Shown: positions 47,919-62,280, counted from the stretch's first letter. The stretch is DNA of 64,000 bases from Takakia lepidozioides (GCA_030704615.1 CM060734.1:17422001-17486000); one strand, 5' to 3'. The notes: generated by a model not told the origin, from the sequence alone. A program made the numbers and translations.

Positions 47919-50794
47919 CACCATCTGGATTCCTCCTTATCATCTCTAAACAACGTTGCCGTGTATCCACTCGAATTGCGGAACACCTGCCTCGAAACGA
48001 CGGCTTTGTGCGAGCAATTCTCCACTGTGACGCAGACACAGTCGTCTCCACAATGGCTTGGCCATACTGCATAACAGCGGGCGGAATCTAGGGCAAGCGA
48101 GCGGTGGGAATTTCTTGCACGGAATCCCCGCTTGAAGGCGATGGCGATCTGGAATTTCTTGGGCTTCCACTGCTGGAAGACACATTGTGCGACAACATGA
48201 CGGGCCCTCGAGGTGCTGTCCGAATGTTCCTGTCGGATCTCCAGGAATCCTCTTCGCACTCGGGTTCCTCTTCAATCATCCGCCTCACAGGGCGAGTACG
48301 GACGTCCCCCTCTAGGTGCTTACCTCTGCGGTGCAGAGACGTCCCTTTGATCTTCTCTCGCAATGTTGTCGCCCATTTCAGTGGATTCTTCGACCTCGAA
48401 GTTGTTCGTACCAACAATTCCTCCCTGTCCGGCCCAAAGCCCCATTGTTTCCCGCTCAGGAACTTGTAGTACGTGGCTTGCTGCATGATTGCTCTGTCGA
48501 TGTCCTCCGTTGTGGCCGTCACTACGTCCACCAGATGTGCGGCAGAAGACGCTCGCCAGGAGGAGTGCACTGATTCTGCCATATTCGTGTTTGGCATGTC
48601 CGTGTCGGAATCCAAGCACCGCTCCTACAAGGACACAAACAATGGTGAGGAACCAATGGAAAGGTCCGTAATAGAAAGACAATTGCACGAAAATGACAGC
48701 ATCATACCTCCCGCATGTACTGTCTGAACTGTCGATACCGGAAATGCCACCACCCTAACCAGCTGTGCAAGGCTCCCAGATTGGTTGTCTCCACTGCACC
48801 TGACGTGTTCCACCAAGCCTCGATGATAGCAAACTTAACCTCCGCGTCATCAAATGTGGGTGCATCCTTCCACGCCGTACAAAGGACACAGTGTTCAGCC
48901 TGGAATGAGCTAGCAACAAATTTGGTAGTGTAGTGAGATAGACTCTGCATCCAATGGAATCCACAAGATCTCTCTTTCCCCTCCATTGGAACATTGGGGT
49001 CCTCACCGTACACACGCCGCACCGCTGCCCAGTTGGCCTGAGCGTTGTCTGCAATGAATCCCCTGAAATTGGGCTCTGGCAATCCCGCCCTTGCCATCTG
49101 CTCGTTTATGCCCTCCCACAGATGCATCTCTGACTGTGTGTCCTCCCCTTTCATCTCGTAGATTGCAATCGTCATGAGCCTCTTGGAGTGATAGTCATAA
49201 ACATGCGCACCCATAGTCACCCACTGATGGTTTGTAATTCACTTGATGTGATCAAACATCACCCAAGCATTCGACAAGTTTCCAGTTGTCATACGAGTGA
49301 CCAAGTCGACTCCACTCCCAGGCCCACACGTCGACATTTTAAAAATGTAACAACGATCGGATTTGTTGCCTTGCCCTGGAAACCTGCTACCTTGGATGTA
49401 GTCATATCCAGTCATTCGTTTCACCTCCAGGATTGAGTGCATGTCCGACCCCCGGCCAAACTCCTGCTTGCAAGATACGATGTGATTCCGCACATTCGGA
49501 CTACAAACGTGCGAGACGGACTCCAATAGGTCAAGCATCTCCTCTTCGTTCAAGGGCACCCGGTCTGAACCATCTTCAGACATGATTTTGCCAAGAGCAA
49601 TCTTGTGGGCTGCCTTCAGCTAAATCTGCTTTGGTCTGGCTCCGGGGCTCAATTTCACCTCCTCTTTTATGATGTCGTGTGCTTCCTGCACAACCTCACC
49701 CATGTTGCCTCTCGCCAAGGGGTGGCAGTAGACCCCAACGTGTATGCAAGCTCTAGTCAAGTCCGGGAGCAAATGGATTACGTAATATTGCTTGGCTCTG
49801 CACATGGACATGCACGTCGGTGGTTCTTTGCAATGTGCGCACTTGAAAGTACCCGCAGGAGCTTGGCTGGAGACAATGAATGGATGATGCGTTGTGCCAG
49901 TCCAATCCATCTCGTTTCTCCGCCCTCCTTTGGAGAGAAAGTGGAAGCAGGCGGGATTGAGGCACCTCAGCTTCCCCGCACAGAGGACGTATCGTACACG
50001 AACACCATCAGCAATTTTCGTGCTACTGGTCTTCATCACACACCAGGGGTGTCCGTCATGCTTTCGATCCATGTCTGTTAACATCCCTGAGGCTTTGTTT
50101 GACGAAGTAACAGGTCGAAGATGACATTGCCATCGACTTCGGGAGGCAGATACGTTACCTTCCTGACTGGAAATTTGGCATAGTCGAGAGCAGCTAGCTC
50201 GGAGCGAGAACCATCGAGGTGATGTTGCCGTAGGAGCTGCACAATGGACCGGGTTGGAGTTATGCTCGAGGGTACATGCGTAGCACCTGCAGAGACGTCC
50301 ATGTCGGATTTGAACGACCGTGTGAAGGACATGGGGACCTCAATGCACTCATCTTCCTTGTCGGAAATGTCGAATACGTCCACGCGAGAAGCTATGGAGG
50401 GTCTTGACGGTCCAGGTCGGGAATGATTATCGTTGCATACCTCTCCGTTGGCAGTGGCCGCCTGTCAGTTTCCGGACTCCTTTGTGGATGGTGTGGGCAG
50501 CGACTGATTCGGAAAGGGAATGGGCATTCCCACAGCTCGGTACAGGATGGTGTCTGATAGGGGTACGTGCCATTCGATTCCGCAACCTCCGTCGTTACCT
50601 AGCACGACAATGGTCTCGTCAACCTGTCCAGGAACATCCTTCCTTTCTTCTTCCAAATAAACTGTGCCCGGTTTGAGCTTGAATTTGGAACAAAGGTAAG
50701 TTTCAGTCACTCTGCAAAGTCCTCCCTTGTTTGGGATCCAGGCTCTCCCAAGTTGCGGAGGACAGTAAACTATAGCGTAGGAATTCGGAGCCAT
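47919..50794 (-). pseudogene. MULE transposase of B' (3' truncated)
   Basis: MAPNSY start at 50794; GCM-like domain, MFD, IAD, CGFHW, TNMAES; its stops differ from those in B. Confidence 0.92.
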
Positions 50795-51159
50795 CAAAGA
50801 CCGCACGAAGGCAGACCAAGGCTCACAGGCACCATGTAAGTGGATCTGCGGAGTCCATCGACGATTGGAAGTCGCACATTGAAGTGGAAAGTATTGTTTC
50901 AAGCTACATGCATGAAGGTGGGAGGTGTGATTCCATAGCCAGTAAGTATGACAATGATGGCCAATTCGGCGACGAAATAACATCTCCTGACAGTTTCTCC
51001 TGAGGGTCGATCCAGCAGTATTCTCGGTGCAGACATGAACGTTCGCACTGACAAGTGCCAGGACTGTTAGTTAAAACGGTCAGACAACCAAGTTGTGCTC
51101 ATCAAGACAGGCCGCAATTGTGTTGTTTCGGAACAATGCAACCCATCCAGGTTCCGCAT

Positions 51160-52080
51160 GCGGAAATGAGGTTCCGCATTTCCGTCCGGAGTGATACTTT
51201 CGATTGCTGTTGGACGGAAATACGGCACCACATTTCCGTTTTGCATCTTAGTCATGCACCAGTGCGACGGAAAACCTGCACCAAGTTTCCGTCCGGGGAA
51301 ACCTTTATACTCTGCGGTAACGCATTTCCATCCAACAAGCACGGTATGTGAAGGTGGAACGGAAATGCGGTACCGCATTTCCGTTCTGATTGAGAATCAA
51401 GAACCACGGGAACTGAAATGTGGCACCGCATTTCCAACCGAGTCGCACCATCCGACATACCAGAACGGAAATGCGGCGCCGCATTTCCGTTTTGTATCTG
51501 ACGCATGGAGCTGAGGGATAGAAATGATGCACCGCATTTCTATCCGGGTGAGACATTCATACTCTCCAGAACGGAAATGCGGTACCGCATTTCCAGTTCT
51601 GACTGAAAATCGTGAACCATCGGAACTGAAATGCGGCACCGCATTTCCGTCCGAGTCGCACCTTCCGACATTCCAGAACGGAAATGCGGCGCCGCATTTT
51701 CGTTTTGTATCTGAGGCATGGAGCCGAGTGACGGAAATGCTGCAGCGCATTTCCGACCGGTTAAGACATTCATACTCTCCAGAACGGAAATGCGGTACCG
51801 CATTTCCGTTCTGATTGAGAATTATGAACAACGGGAACTGAAATGCGGCACCGCATTTCCGTCCGAGTCGCACCTTGCCGACATACCAGAATGGAAATGC
51901 GGCGCCGCATTTCCGTTGTGGGACGGAAATGCAGTGCCGCAGTTCCATCCATGTGAGACCTTCAAACTTTCGAGACGGAAATGCGGGGCACCGCATTTTT
52001 GTCAGGTGAGACCTTTATTACTTTCCCGAACGGAAATGTGGCACGGCATTTCCGAGGGGGAACGGAAAATGCGGTACATG
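51160..52080. repeat. B-type palindrome array in B' (about 53-bp period, fewer units)
   Basis: Same palindrome and spacer types as 10620-12323, in reverse orientation. Confidence 0.93.
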
Positions 52081-52239
52081 TCTGCACTCTATTGACTGAA
52101 GTGGCATGAGGCGGCGCGGCCTGACCGTTGGATAATGATGTTGTTTTCGGAAGGCAGGCGTAACTCTGAACGATTCGAATGTCGTAATGACGCAAAAAGT
52201 CCACGAGGAGACACTTTCGTCCAAACCCTTTCGAACCCT

Positions 52240-52600
52240 TCCTTGTTAACGTTGGATCGCGGTCCGAGACAATATCCTTCGGAAGAGAGTCCATGATGCT
52301 TGAAGACGTGGGCGAAGTAAAGTCGTCCCGTCTCCTGCGCCGTTCGGTCTCCTTGGTGGGGATGAAATGGCCCATTTTACTAAACTATCCACCACCACCA
52401 TGATTGCATCATAATCCTTTGGACAGCGGCAAAGCAGTCATGAAAAATCCATCGAGACAATTTCCCCTCTGGATCGGCAAAAGGTTGTAACAGCCCCGAT
52501 TGCTTTTTATACTCGCTCCGGTGTTTGTTGGCATGGTGCCGTCTTTGACATATCTTCTCGGCTCCTCCTCAATTTGGGCCAGAAATACTCTTTCTTCAAG
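52240..52600 (-). pseudogene. Ty3/gypsy integrase core fragment (different family)
   Basis: DFFMTALPLSKG, DAIMVVVD, MGHFIPTKE, LPKDIVSDRDP across frameshifts. Confidence 0.75.
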
Positions 52601-52664
52601 AGTGCCGCGGTGCGCTTGGCTCCGCCGTGGCCCGCAAGCGGGGCCATCGTGGGCATTATCTCAA

Positions 52665-52797
52665 GAGGGGTGGATTTTGCAAAGTGGCCGGTAGGCTAAA
52701 TGGGCCCCCTGTACAGAGCAGTACCACCCTACCATTCGCGAAACATTGCCTTTGAATATGTAATTCTAAAAAACATTGTCGAACCTCCTTCATCGGG
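52665..52797 (-). repeat. Fragment of the family-B left subterminal region
   Basis: Reverse complement of about 2138-2250 with indels. Confidence 0.8.
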
Positions 52798-53135
52798 CTA
52801 AAAAGGGCACTCACACCAGCACCAATTCTGATAAATCCAAGATGGGATTTACCATTTCATGTACACAGTGATGCATCAGGCATTGTTTCCGCATTATTTT
52901 TACTTGGCAATCGCTCTTAAGTATTGTTGATTCAGGCTCTAGTTCATTTAGCAAATCGACCACTAGCTAGTGGCAGGGTTGCTCGATGGTTTATTACTTC
53001 TTCATGGTTCTGATTTTGAAGTTGGTCATAAACCAGGAAAGATTACATGTTACAGCGGATCACTTGTCAAGAATTAAACAGGAGAAACCAGCCATGGGGG
53101 TAGAGGATCAACTTCCCGATGCATTTCTATTTTCT
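52798..53135 (+). repeat. Deleted duplicate of Ty3 RNase H region 46022-46502
   Basis: Near-identical blocks with many single-base indels. Confidence 0.85.
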
Positions 53136-53139
53136 GTTT

Positions 53140-56100
53140 GTCGTGCGCATACGTATTGCTACATAACTACATCGTTGTCCAAACCACACCACACATATAT
53201 GCACAATAAAGTAATGTACGAGTTCGACGTTGATAGAACAAGCTAAGAGACACACTGTTCACACCAGAAAACAACAGGAAATCCATCGCTATCACTCGTT
53301 AAAACAGAAGTCGAGCCAGGGGCACCCCAAGCTATGGGGACTCCACCCACAACAAACCTATACTCCCATCAAAGCACACTCAGTCCTAAACGATGCAGGA
53401 GGGCTCGGTCGCGCAGGCTCAACTCGAGAGAGATGAGCTGCGCGACTGCGCTCTCGTGAAGATAAGGCGGTTCAGGGTGTCAAAACTAAACTTGACACCT
53501 GATTTAACACTTGACCTAAATCCAAGTGTTAAATAACAAATAACGAGCTTTTTCTAGTTGTTTTCACACTGTGCTTATTTAACTTGACAGCTGTCGTGCG
53601 CATACGTATCGCTACATAACTACTGCTGTCCAAACCCACACCACACAAATTATGCACAATAAAGTAGTCTGCCACAATCGCCCCCTAGCTGGTGGATAGG
53701 TCCCTCTACCTCCAGATAGCTACACGGATGTAATAGCCACAGCCGTACTAAGTCCTCTATCACGGTCCCTGTTGTACTCAAAACTCTATAGACCAAAGAG
53801 GCCGGGTAACAAGAGTAGCCCATCGTTAGTCGCCGTCTTCATCTATGAACTTGAGTCAAGACCTCGTGTGTTTAAGGTTCCCCTAGTAGCTTGGCCTGAG
53901 TTTCTTGTTAGCCCTCCATGGTTGTATCCACTCCCCACTATCCAAATGCAATGTGGACATAACCAATCCCCATCCGGAACCATCTCAAGAGGTGGAGTCA
54001 AGCAGCCCATATGCCAACCTCAAGAGCATCGATCACACACCAGCATGGTGGCTGCCCCTCTAGCAGACCACAACAAACATGCACCTCAAACCTGCAGATA
54101 CACTGCCAGGTTTGGGTCAATCCTGCCATCGACATTCGGAAGGTGACATGGCGCACAATTACGCACATGGTCCTTCCAAGTTATGCCATCCCGACCCTCC
54201 AAGACCAAGACGCCTGAGGGCAAGACCTCTCGAAAACCCTCAAAATAACACGTCCTGCAGTCACATCCAAGGTCGTAGGAGCAGTCTGCTGCAGGTAAAC
54301 ATAGTCACCAGGGTTGAATCTCCGAACCCCAGGACGGGACGATAGCCCCACCACGTTATGGTAGCATACCTCAACGTATCACGGTGTTGTGCGATGGCAA
54401 GGTTTTTGAAAGATGGCATGACTTTCTTGAACAACTTCTGCACGCTGCTCACATGCACGTGCCCACACGTTCCGGATCATCAAGGTTAAGAACTGCAGCA
54501 GCTTCTCTGCGAATGGATGCAGGGCAAATCCGGCTCTGGCCAAAGAGAAGAAAGTATGGTGCGAAGGAGGCAAGTGATGCTTGCTTGCTGAACCTGTAGC
54601 CCATGGCTAAACCAGGGTAACGAAGGTCCCAATTCCTAGGTGTCCCTTCTAAGCCATACTTGCGCAACCCCCTATTTACTGTCTGAACAACTCTCTCTGC
54701 CAGCCATCGGCCTCAGGATGATCCGAGAAGGGGGCGGTGGTCTATCAAGGCCTTGTCACACAAAGCTGAAACTCCCCAAGAACTCTCTCCCTTGGTCCGT
54801 GAGTGTACCTCAGCTGGAGCACCGAATCGGCTCTAAGCACCCACAATCCAAGAATGCATACGCAGCTCCCTCACTAGCCTTATCAGGCAATGGAACCAAC
54901 TCAATCCCTGGAAGAAGAGGAGAAGTGCTCCACCATCATCAACACGTACTTGTTGTGACGCATGGTCAGTGGCAATGGCCCTGCGAAGTCAAGACTCCCA
55001 CCTGTAGCCCAATCCCATGATCTGAAGAGGGTGCAATTGTGGAGTAGGGGTGTTGAATGAAGCACGCACCCTGTCACACACCCATGCACCTAGCCACCAA
55101 ATTGTTGCAACCTCTGTGGCATACCACGCCACCAATATGCCCCTGCAGTAGACTATGAGTGCGTCGCACCCCAAAATGCCCAACTCCTCATGGGCATGCC
55201 GCCACTAACCGGCCCCGCTGTGTTGGTGAGGCACAATCCTCACTCAACCATCCTCCCACACTCGGAGCAGGTGTGTCCCCTCCACTTGAAACTCTTGGCT
55301 CGTTGTAGGATCCGATCCTTCTCCTTGGCAGTCACAGTGGCTGCAATGTCTTCCAGTGCGGAGGTTAGTCCACACAAACTGAATCCTCATGTATATCTTT
55401 GGCGCCACCTGCTTCATTGTTGGCCTCAGGGTCCTCAGACACTTGATCTATCTACAGTCATCCCTGTTGCAGGTCCAAACCTGGCCTTCCGCTGCCAAGA
55501 TACACAGAAATGCAGATGCATGCCATCGGGCACCATCTCCTCGTCCGTCTCACCATGCCACCGAGCTCCAGTGTCATCCTGCTGGCTCGTGCATGGATTG
55601 CGACTCAACCAATATCTGCATTGCGATTGACCAAACCCGGTCGATGCACCACCTGAAAGTCATACTCTTGAAGGTGAGTTGCCACCGTGCAAGCTTGTCT
55701 GACTCCATCAACCACTTGAGTGGTTGGTGATCCATGACAAGGGTGAAGAGATGTTGTATAGATAGCACCTAAAGTGTGCCACGGCCACACTGCAGCTAAG
55801 CATTTCCCTCATATGAGCTATATTAGACTCTGCAGGCATTGTTCGGAGCGGCTAGCATAAGCCACTACGAACTCTCTTCCCTCATTCATCCACCTGTGTG
55901 AGCACCGCTCCAAAGCCCCCAAGCATGCTCCAATCTGTATGCAGCTGAAAAGGACGCCCCCTGATAGGTCGTCTCAAGATGGGCCCGCGAGGACAACCTC
56001 GCCTGTGAGCTCTTGAAAAAAGCTTGTTCTTGCTCATCTCCCACTGCCACTCCTGGTCCACCTTGGTCAGCTTGGTTAGAGCCTTTGCAATGGCACTATA

Positions 56101-57250
56101 AATCCCTTAACAAACCGTCTGTGTAATAGTTTGCTAACCCCATGAAAGCTCGAACTCGGCTCACATCCGTGGGGCGTGGAAACCTGGGCAATGGACTCTA
56201 CCTTAGTCTGCTGTTACCCCAATCCTCCAGGATTATAATGTGACCCAGATACTCAATCTGGTTGTGGAAAAACTTGCACTTGCCCGGATGTAACTTCAAT
56301 CCGTGCGTCCTCAAGCGCTCAAATTACACCCTGAAGGTGTCTCTCATGCTCCTCCACCGTTAGCACTAAAGATGATGATGTCATCTATGTAGCACCGAGC
56401 AAACTCCACCCCTGGTAGAATCCTGTCCATGACTCTTTGAAACTCAGGGGAGCGTTTTTAAGCCCAAAATGGTAAGAAACCGCCACTGGTATAGGCAATC
56501 CTTCCCGTGCTCATTGATCCCCCAGAATGCCGTTTCTTTGCTTATCCGGCCTCCTTGATCGGCAACTGGTGATATCCGGATCGTAAATCCAACGTGCTAA
56601 AGACCTGGAATGCCCAAATGGCATCATGAAGATCTCCTCTAGTGTCGGCCATTGGCATACCTATCGGACTTGGTCTGACAATTTAAGGCCGGTAATCACC
56701 GCACATACGTCTCTCCGTCCCAATTGCCATAGACATCATTCTTGGCTGGCATCACTGTGGCTGAAGCATACTCTCCACCCAAACCTGCATCCCAGAGATC
56801 TTGAGTCCTCATCTGAATCAAAAGACCTCTCCATGTCACTGTATCTATAGGGTCTCCGAAAGATTGGCGTGTCAGTGGCCAAACTCAATACGGATCTCTG
56901 GACCCTTCAGTGCTCCCAAGTCCTTCAAACTGAGGCAAAGCAATTCCTATAAGCCCTCAGGAGCAACGCCGTATACGTGTCTCTCGCTACGGGTGACAAT
57001 GGGTCCAATGTCAGGCTCCAATTGTCCTCCGTAACTGCAAACCTTAAGTCCAGTAGGCTTAGAGCTAGAGGACGCGTCACGTGGTTGCTATGGGCAACCT
57101 CTTGAGCAGTACCCCCTTCTGCTCAGTCAATGACAAGGCCTCATACCTGCCCCATAATCTTCATCATTGAGAACCCTCCTTCATCACGAGAAGAATCCCA
57201 ACTTCATCCATCACAGCTGCCTTTGGCTGCCAAACCCCCACTGAGCTCGA
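53140..57250 (-). mobile_element. Degenerate Ty3/gypsy element: RT, RNase H, integrase, PHD finger, PPT and 3' LTR-like region
   Basis: YIDDIII (~56374-56392), LDLRSGYHQL, LHTDWS, SLDFAGPLP; PHD MLVCDRCS*GWHMGCLTPPLEMVPDGDWLCPHC (53945-54050); purine tract AGGGGGCGAT then TGTGGCAG near 53675; internal repeat 53140-53215 vs 53592-53666. Confidence 0.82.
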
Positions 57251-57469
57251 CAGGATGCCCGGCGTGAGCCTGGTCACGTGAGCGCTGAGCGCGACTGCGC
57301 TCCCGCCACGTCACCTTGCGCAAATGCCACGTCACGGGTCTCAGTCCACGTCATCACACGTGGAGGCCGAGTCACCACGCACCCAGAAAGAAGTGGAGAG
57401 TGTATTCCCGCGGATTGGCCACCCTTTACGCGCGGAAACAAGCTGGACGACATAATAAAAGGCATTGAA

Positions 57470-57830
57470 TAAATGATGGATGAATGTACAGTTGGATGAT
57501 AAACAGATGGATGAGTTTGAAAAATCTATGTAGATGGATGAATGACGGATGGATAAGAGTAAAATGGATGAATGTATAATGGATGTTGAGCAATGACAAA
57601 AATTCATGACAGGAAGATGCATGACAAATTTTTGACGAATGCACAAAGTATATGAAATGAGTGTGGAAGGTTTGTGGGGTGGATTAAAGAGTACAGAGGA
57701 TGAATGTACAATGGATGTTGTACAAAGGAAGCTTTCATGAATGGAGCACGCATGAATACAGTGTAGATGAATGCACAATGGATATGAGAAGAGTCGGGAA
57801 GGTTTGTGAGATGGATTCATACATATAGCA
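57470..57830. repeat. Low-complexity GGATGAAT/ATGGATG repeats
   Basis: Degenerate tandem motifs with an internal duplication. Confidence 0.7.
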
Positions 57831-58276
57831 ATTTAAACGAAAGTTGATTCTGTGATTATTATTTGTTCTAAAGGAACAACTACGGTAGAGTAAGGGGATT
57901 CAACGTTCCCAGATAATATGAAAATGAATATTAAAAAGAATACAGTTCAGTCTGACTCAGAGTCAGTACAATGTATCCCCTCTTCTCTGCATCTAAGTCT
58001 AAGTATTTTAGAACACCGGATCCACGCGGATACACCTACGGCTGGCCACTAAAAAAGTCAGGGGATAGGGACTCGGACGCGTGAAGTGCCATTGCTTCGG
58101 CATAAACAGGGGAGCAGAAAATTGGAAAGGGGCTGTCGAAAATAGACTCGCCAGAAATGACTGTATCTCCTGAAGATCCACCGCTGGCTTTCCTGAAAGA
58201 CAGCCTGAAAAAGTTATTACTGTAACTTTGATGTTATCGAGAAAATTGAGTATGACTCCCAAAGAGGGTTTAGCAC

Positions 58277-61200
58277 TTACTCACATGAAAAGTCGTTGTC
58301 GACCTGCTTATCTTCGGGATCGTCATCATTTCGAATATGAATCCGATTAGTCTGTGTGCCTGAAGTGGAGCCAGACAAAAAGGGGAGGAGCACTGTGTTG
58401 TAGAGGTCAGAATCACCCTCCATACAAAAAGGCTTCTTCGCCTGCCTTGCATGCGTGGTAAGTTGCTCCTGCACCAGACAGGAGAACATAAATAGTTTGG
58501 AGGAGGGGGATTTAAGCAGATGAAACTGTTGAAAGGAAACCAATTCGGAAGGGAGAAAATGAACCTGTGGACACAGAAAGATCGACAACCCGTGCAGAGC
58601 GGTGGCTGCATGACTCCAGCAGTATTTGCATGAATGCTGGTGACTTTTCCTTTGCACCTCTCCAGGGAGTGCCATCTGGTCTCTTCAGAGTCTGACTGGA
58701 CTGCATGAAGTTGTACAAAATGTCATCGACATGGGGCTCATAGGGGGGTTGACGAAACAACCCTGGTCAGAAATCTCAAAGCTGCGGATGGAGGATGGTG
58801 TCTTTGATGTGCGATTCCTCCGCAGGCAGATCGCCTCGAACATCCTCGTCTGGCAAAGATAGCAGGTTAGTGTGGTAAACACAATCTAAAGTGGAAGTGT
58901 GTACATCGGCTATTCAGAACTCTGACACCAAAAAACCATGAATCGTTGATGATCGGTGTCGATCATAAAACATTCTACTAGAGTGGAGCTGCAGAGAAAA
59001 TTGAAACTCATGATCAAAGCATAAGCAGAAGGCAGACGGCATACCAGCTGACCAGGGAAACCGCCTTTCACAAGGTAGAGGCTGTTCACACAATTCCATG
59101 TGCGCAAAACTTCAAACCCTGAAGACTTGAGGTATGATGCCAATGCCCGACGACTATCATTGTCACATGACTAAAAAAGCAGAAGTGTCCCTGCATCAGA
59201 GAGGAAATTGTTACAGAACCCGAATACCCAACTCCAGTAGTTGTCCTCGAATTTGTTTCACCCTGGCGTCTTGCCCTTTGGAAGAACTTCTGGCACAGCC
59301 TGGCCATCCGGGATGTCGAGAATGACAATGTCGGCCGCATAAGTTTTCTGCACACCGCACACGAAGGTGGGACCTGTGCTCACCTGCAACAGATATTTTT
59401 TTATAAGAACGATGGCAAGAATGTTTTCAAAGAACGAGACTGAAATACTGCCAACGAAACATTCAGAGAAAAAGGAAAGAAAATGGAATTCTCACCAGAT
59501 TGAGGAATGAGATTATATTGTCCCAGGTAGGGGATGGCACCCCAGTGTATCCTCTCTTTCGACTCTGCATCATCGAAAGCCAACCCTCATTAACAATTTT
59601 CATCTCTCCTGCTGAATCAGAACGGGAAGGGTGTGGCTTGGCATCGAACACGCACTGAAGAGTGCGGGTATATCTTTCCAGCAGTAAAGTCCTGCCCACT
59701 CTCCATCTCATTTTCATTCTCCTTCCCCTTGTCCTTTTCCTTCTCTTTGGACTTGTCTTTGTCCTTTGGCTTTGCTGGTGAGATGGCTATGACATCAACA
59801 GCCTTGTCTTTTGGTTTGCGGCCCGCCTTCTTTCCCTTCTGCGGCATTCCCTGAGCATCAGGCTCCTTGGCAGCCAAGGTTGCTATGTTTCGTTGATACT
59901 CTTCGTCAGTCAAAGGCGCCAGCATCTCAGCGTTATTGTTCAAGTATTTCATATGCTGTTCTTGAAAGGTCGTGTGCTCAGGTGGGCAGTCAAGGTACCA
60001 CCCACAGTCTCTGAAGTGAGAAAGGACTCCAGTCCTTCAATATCCCTGCAGTATACATGGTTGGATCGTTTGCAGGGTCCGACCACATGTCAAGATAGTC
60101 GGGAATTCCGCTCAGGTGATTTCCTTCCATAAGCACATATTTCGTGTACCTGAAAAAGGAGATGAATCCCAACCCACAAAAGCGCTCAGTGAGTAAGATG
60201 CAAGTAGAACAGAAAGAATAAAACAGAAAGAATAAAATGGATTGAAATGGCTCTCTGACAACTGCTCCAAGGACCTTTCAGACCACACTACTGCTCCAGA
60301 TATGAGGTCGTCAACGCCATTCAGACATTCCATTGCATGACACTGTAAATAACATCCTAATCCAGGTGAATGCAAACAAGCGATTAAGATGACAACAGAC
60401 ATAGAAGTGAATGTCGTCAACGACATTCAAGAATGAAGCCAAATTATTACTAAACGAAATGAAGCAAAATCACAGGATGGAATAATAAAAATTGAGTAAG
60501 GAACCATCCAGGAAACTCAATGCACATTCATACCGAACCATCACTGAGGACCTCACAACACACTGTATGTGAATGGCGTCAACTGCCATTCACAAAACAA
60601 AAAAGAAACCATTACTTTAGCTCCCCAATCCATGAATTTGAATTTGTCGTTTTTAATAATACAGACACACAGCTGTAATGTCGTTAACGACATTCACTTT
60701 GGATTTCTTAACGAGAGCTTATGAAGCCTCCATATTCATCGCAAGAGAAAAAACAATGCAACACTGAATGTCTGCATTGACACTTCAGCAAAATGAAGTG
60801 ATCAACCCTCATTGTATCCTCTATGGAAGACAAAAATTTAAAAATAACCTTGAGGACCGCACAACACTCCGTATGTGAATGTCGTCAACGCCATTCAAGG
60901 ACATTATCAATTCTAATCAGGGACAATATAATTGCACCCTTAGATCCTAACCAGGTGATTCAATATTCGCTTAAGAATGACTCAGACAAAGAAGTGAATG
61001 TCGTCAACGACATTCAATCTGGATCTAAGATTGCAATCCATATGAAGCCACAATTTTTCCCAAAAAAACAGTAGAGTTTCAAGTATGACATTTCACCTGT
61101 ACACACTCGCATCATGCCCACTCTCCTCACCTGACTGTCAAAGTCGTTGGACCGTAAAATGTTACCATCTTTGGAGAACTCCCGGAAAAAAACAGTATCT

Positions 61201-62280
61201 CCAGGTGAGACCTCTCCACTTCCTTATGTATGCCTCCAATGACATTTGGGGAGGGGAAACAATCGCAATGTCAGGTCCTTCAAGTCTGATCCGCACAATG
61301 ACGGCGCGCTTTTCGAGCTGCAATAGAATATTTGTCAAGAATTGCAAAAAGAAACACATCACATACTTGAAGATAAGAAACAGCATGTTCGAATAACACC
61401 TGACTCCAAAATGTAGCCTTGGGAGCCAGTTATCAAACACCCAATCACTGATTCCTTCCATCTTTGTGCCAGGCTGTTGGTGCTCTTTGGGAACTGATTC
61501 AAGTCCTTTACTGTTTGATCTGAGTTCCATATCTCCAGCCACCTATTTTTGTTTGTGGGTCGCCACATCGATATGGCCAGCCGTGCAATTTCTCTTGCTG
61601 CATCTCCGGATGCACAGCTTGTCATAGTGTGTTTTGATCTGCTGAAGGGAAACTCAGGACCAAGTCCAGGATCTACTATTCTAAAGCTGCTTTCCGAAGG
61701 CTGACATCAATTTGGTTCTTCGCATCTCAAACTCCTTCTTTATTGCAGCTTCCACACCCTTTGATGTCCTTAGTTCCTCTGGTGTAGTGCGGTAATATTC
61801 GGATTTTCCCTTCTCAGCTGCCTCTGCCAGTTCTTGCTGCATTCATTCAAGTAGTGATTAGCTCCGAAGGGACTCTAAACATGTATTCGAAAAGTAAACA
61901 GATTACAGACTCGGGCTTACCGCATACATGTACTCCAGATTGTCGTCTGAGAAGAACTCCGCTTCAGAGGAAGCCATCTTCCTTCCTCGACTATGTTTGT
62001 ACCTTGCTATCGCAGATCTAGTGTAAATCGGTTAACTGCTGTCTCCAGAACACAGTTGAAGAATGAGCAGAGCATATGGCGGAGGAAGCTCAGATAACGA
62101 CTGTGCATATTCTGTTATTCATTCCAGATATGCAGCCGTCCATTTTAATTACTTTTCTTGTGGGACCAGTGGTCAGAGAATCCATAGGGGCAGTGTCGGC
62201 AACTGTTAAACCGTTAATCAGAACCTCATCAATAAACCCAATAACAAAGCCGACTTCCTGGAAGCATGCCACAGGATCCG
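58277..62280 (-). pseudogene. 3' part of a ParB-MTase-type gene, family D (helical region and MTase)
   Basis: ADIVILDIPDG (DIPDG at 59303-59317); FEAICL; PWRGAKEKSPAFMQILLESCSHRSARVVDLSVSTG; YTKYVLM and MSLEAYIRKWR exons colinear with B (YMKYVLL, QTLEDYVTRFR). Upper boundary uncertain. Confidence 0.75.
60302..61016. repeat. D-type palindromes TGAATGTCGTYRACGACATTCA in a long intron
   Basis: Copies near 60302, 60408, 60570, 60675, 60876, 60995. Confidence 0.85.

Larger units (their letters stand above)
47919..52239 (-). mobile_element. B': inverted internal fragment of a second family-B copy (equivalent to about 10382-15577)
   Basis: High nucleotide identity to B; no TIRs; abuts Ty3 sequence on both sides. 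Confidence 0.93.
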
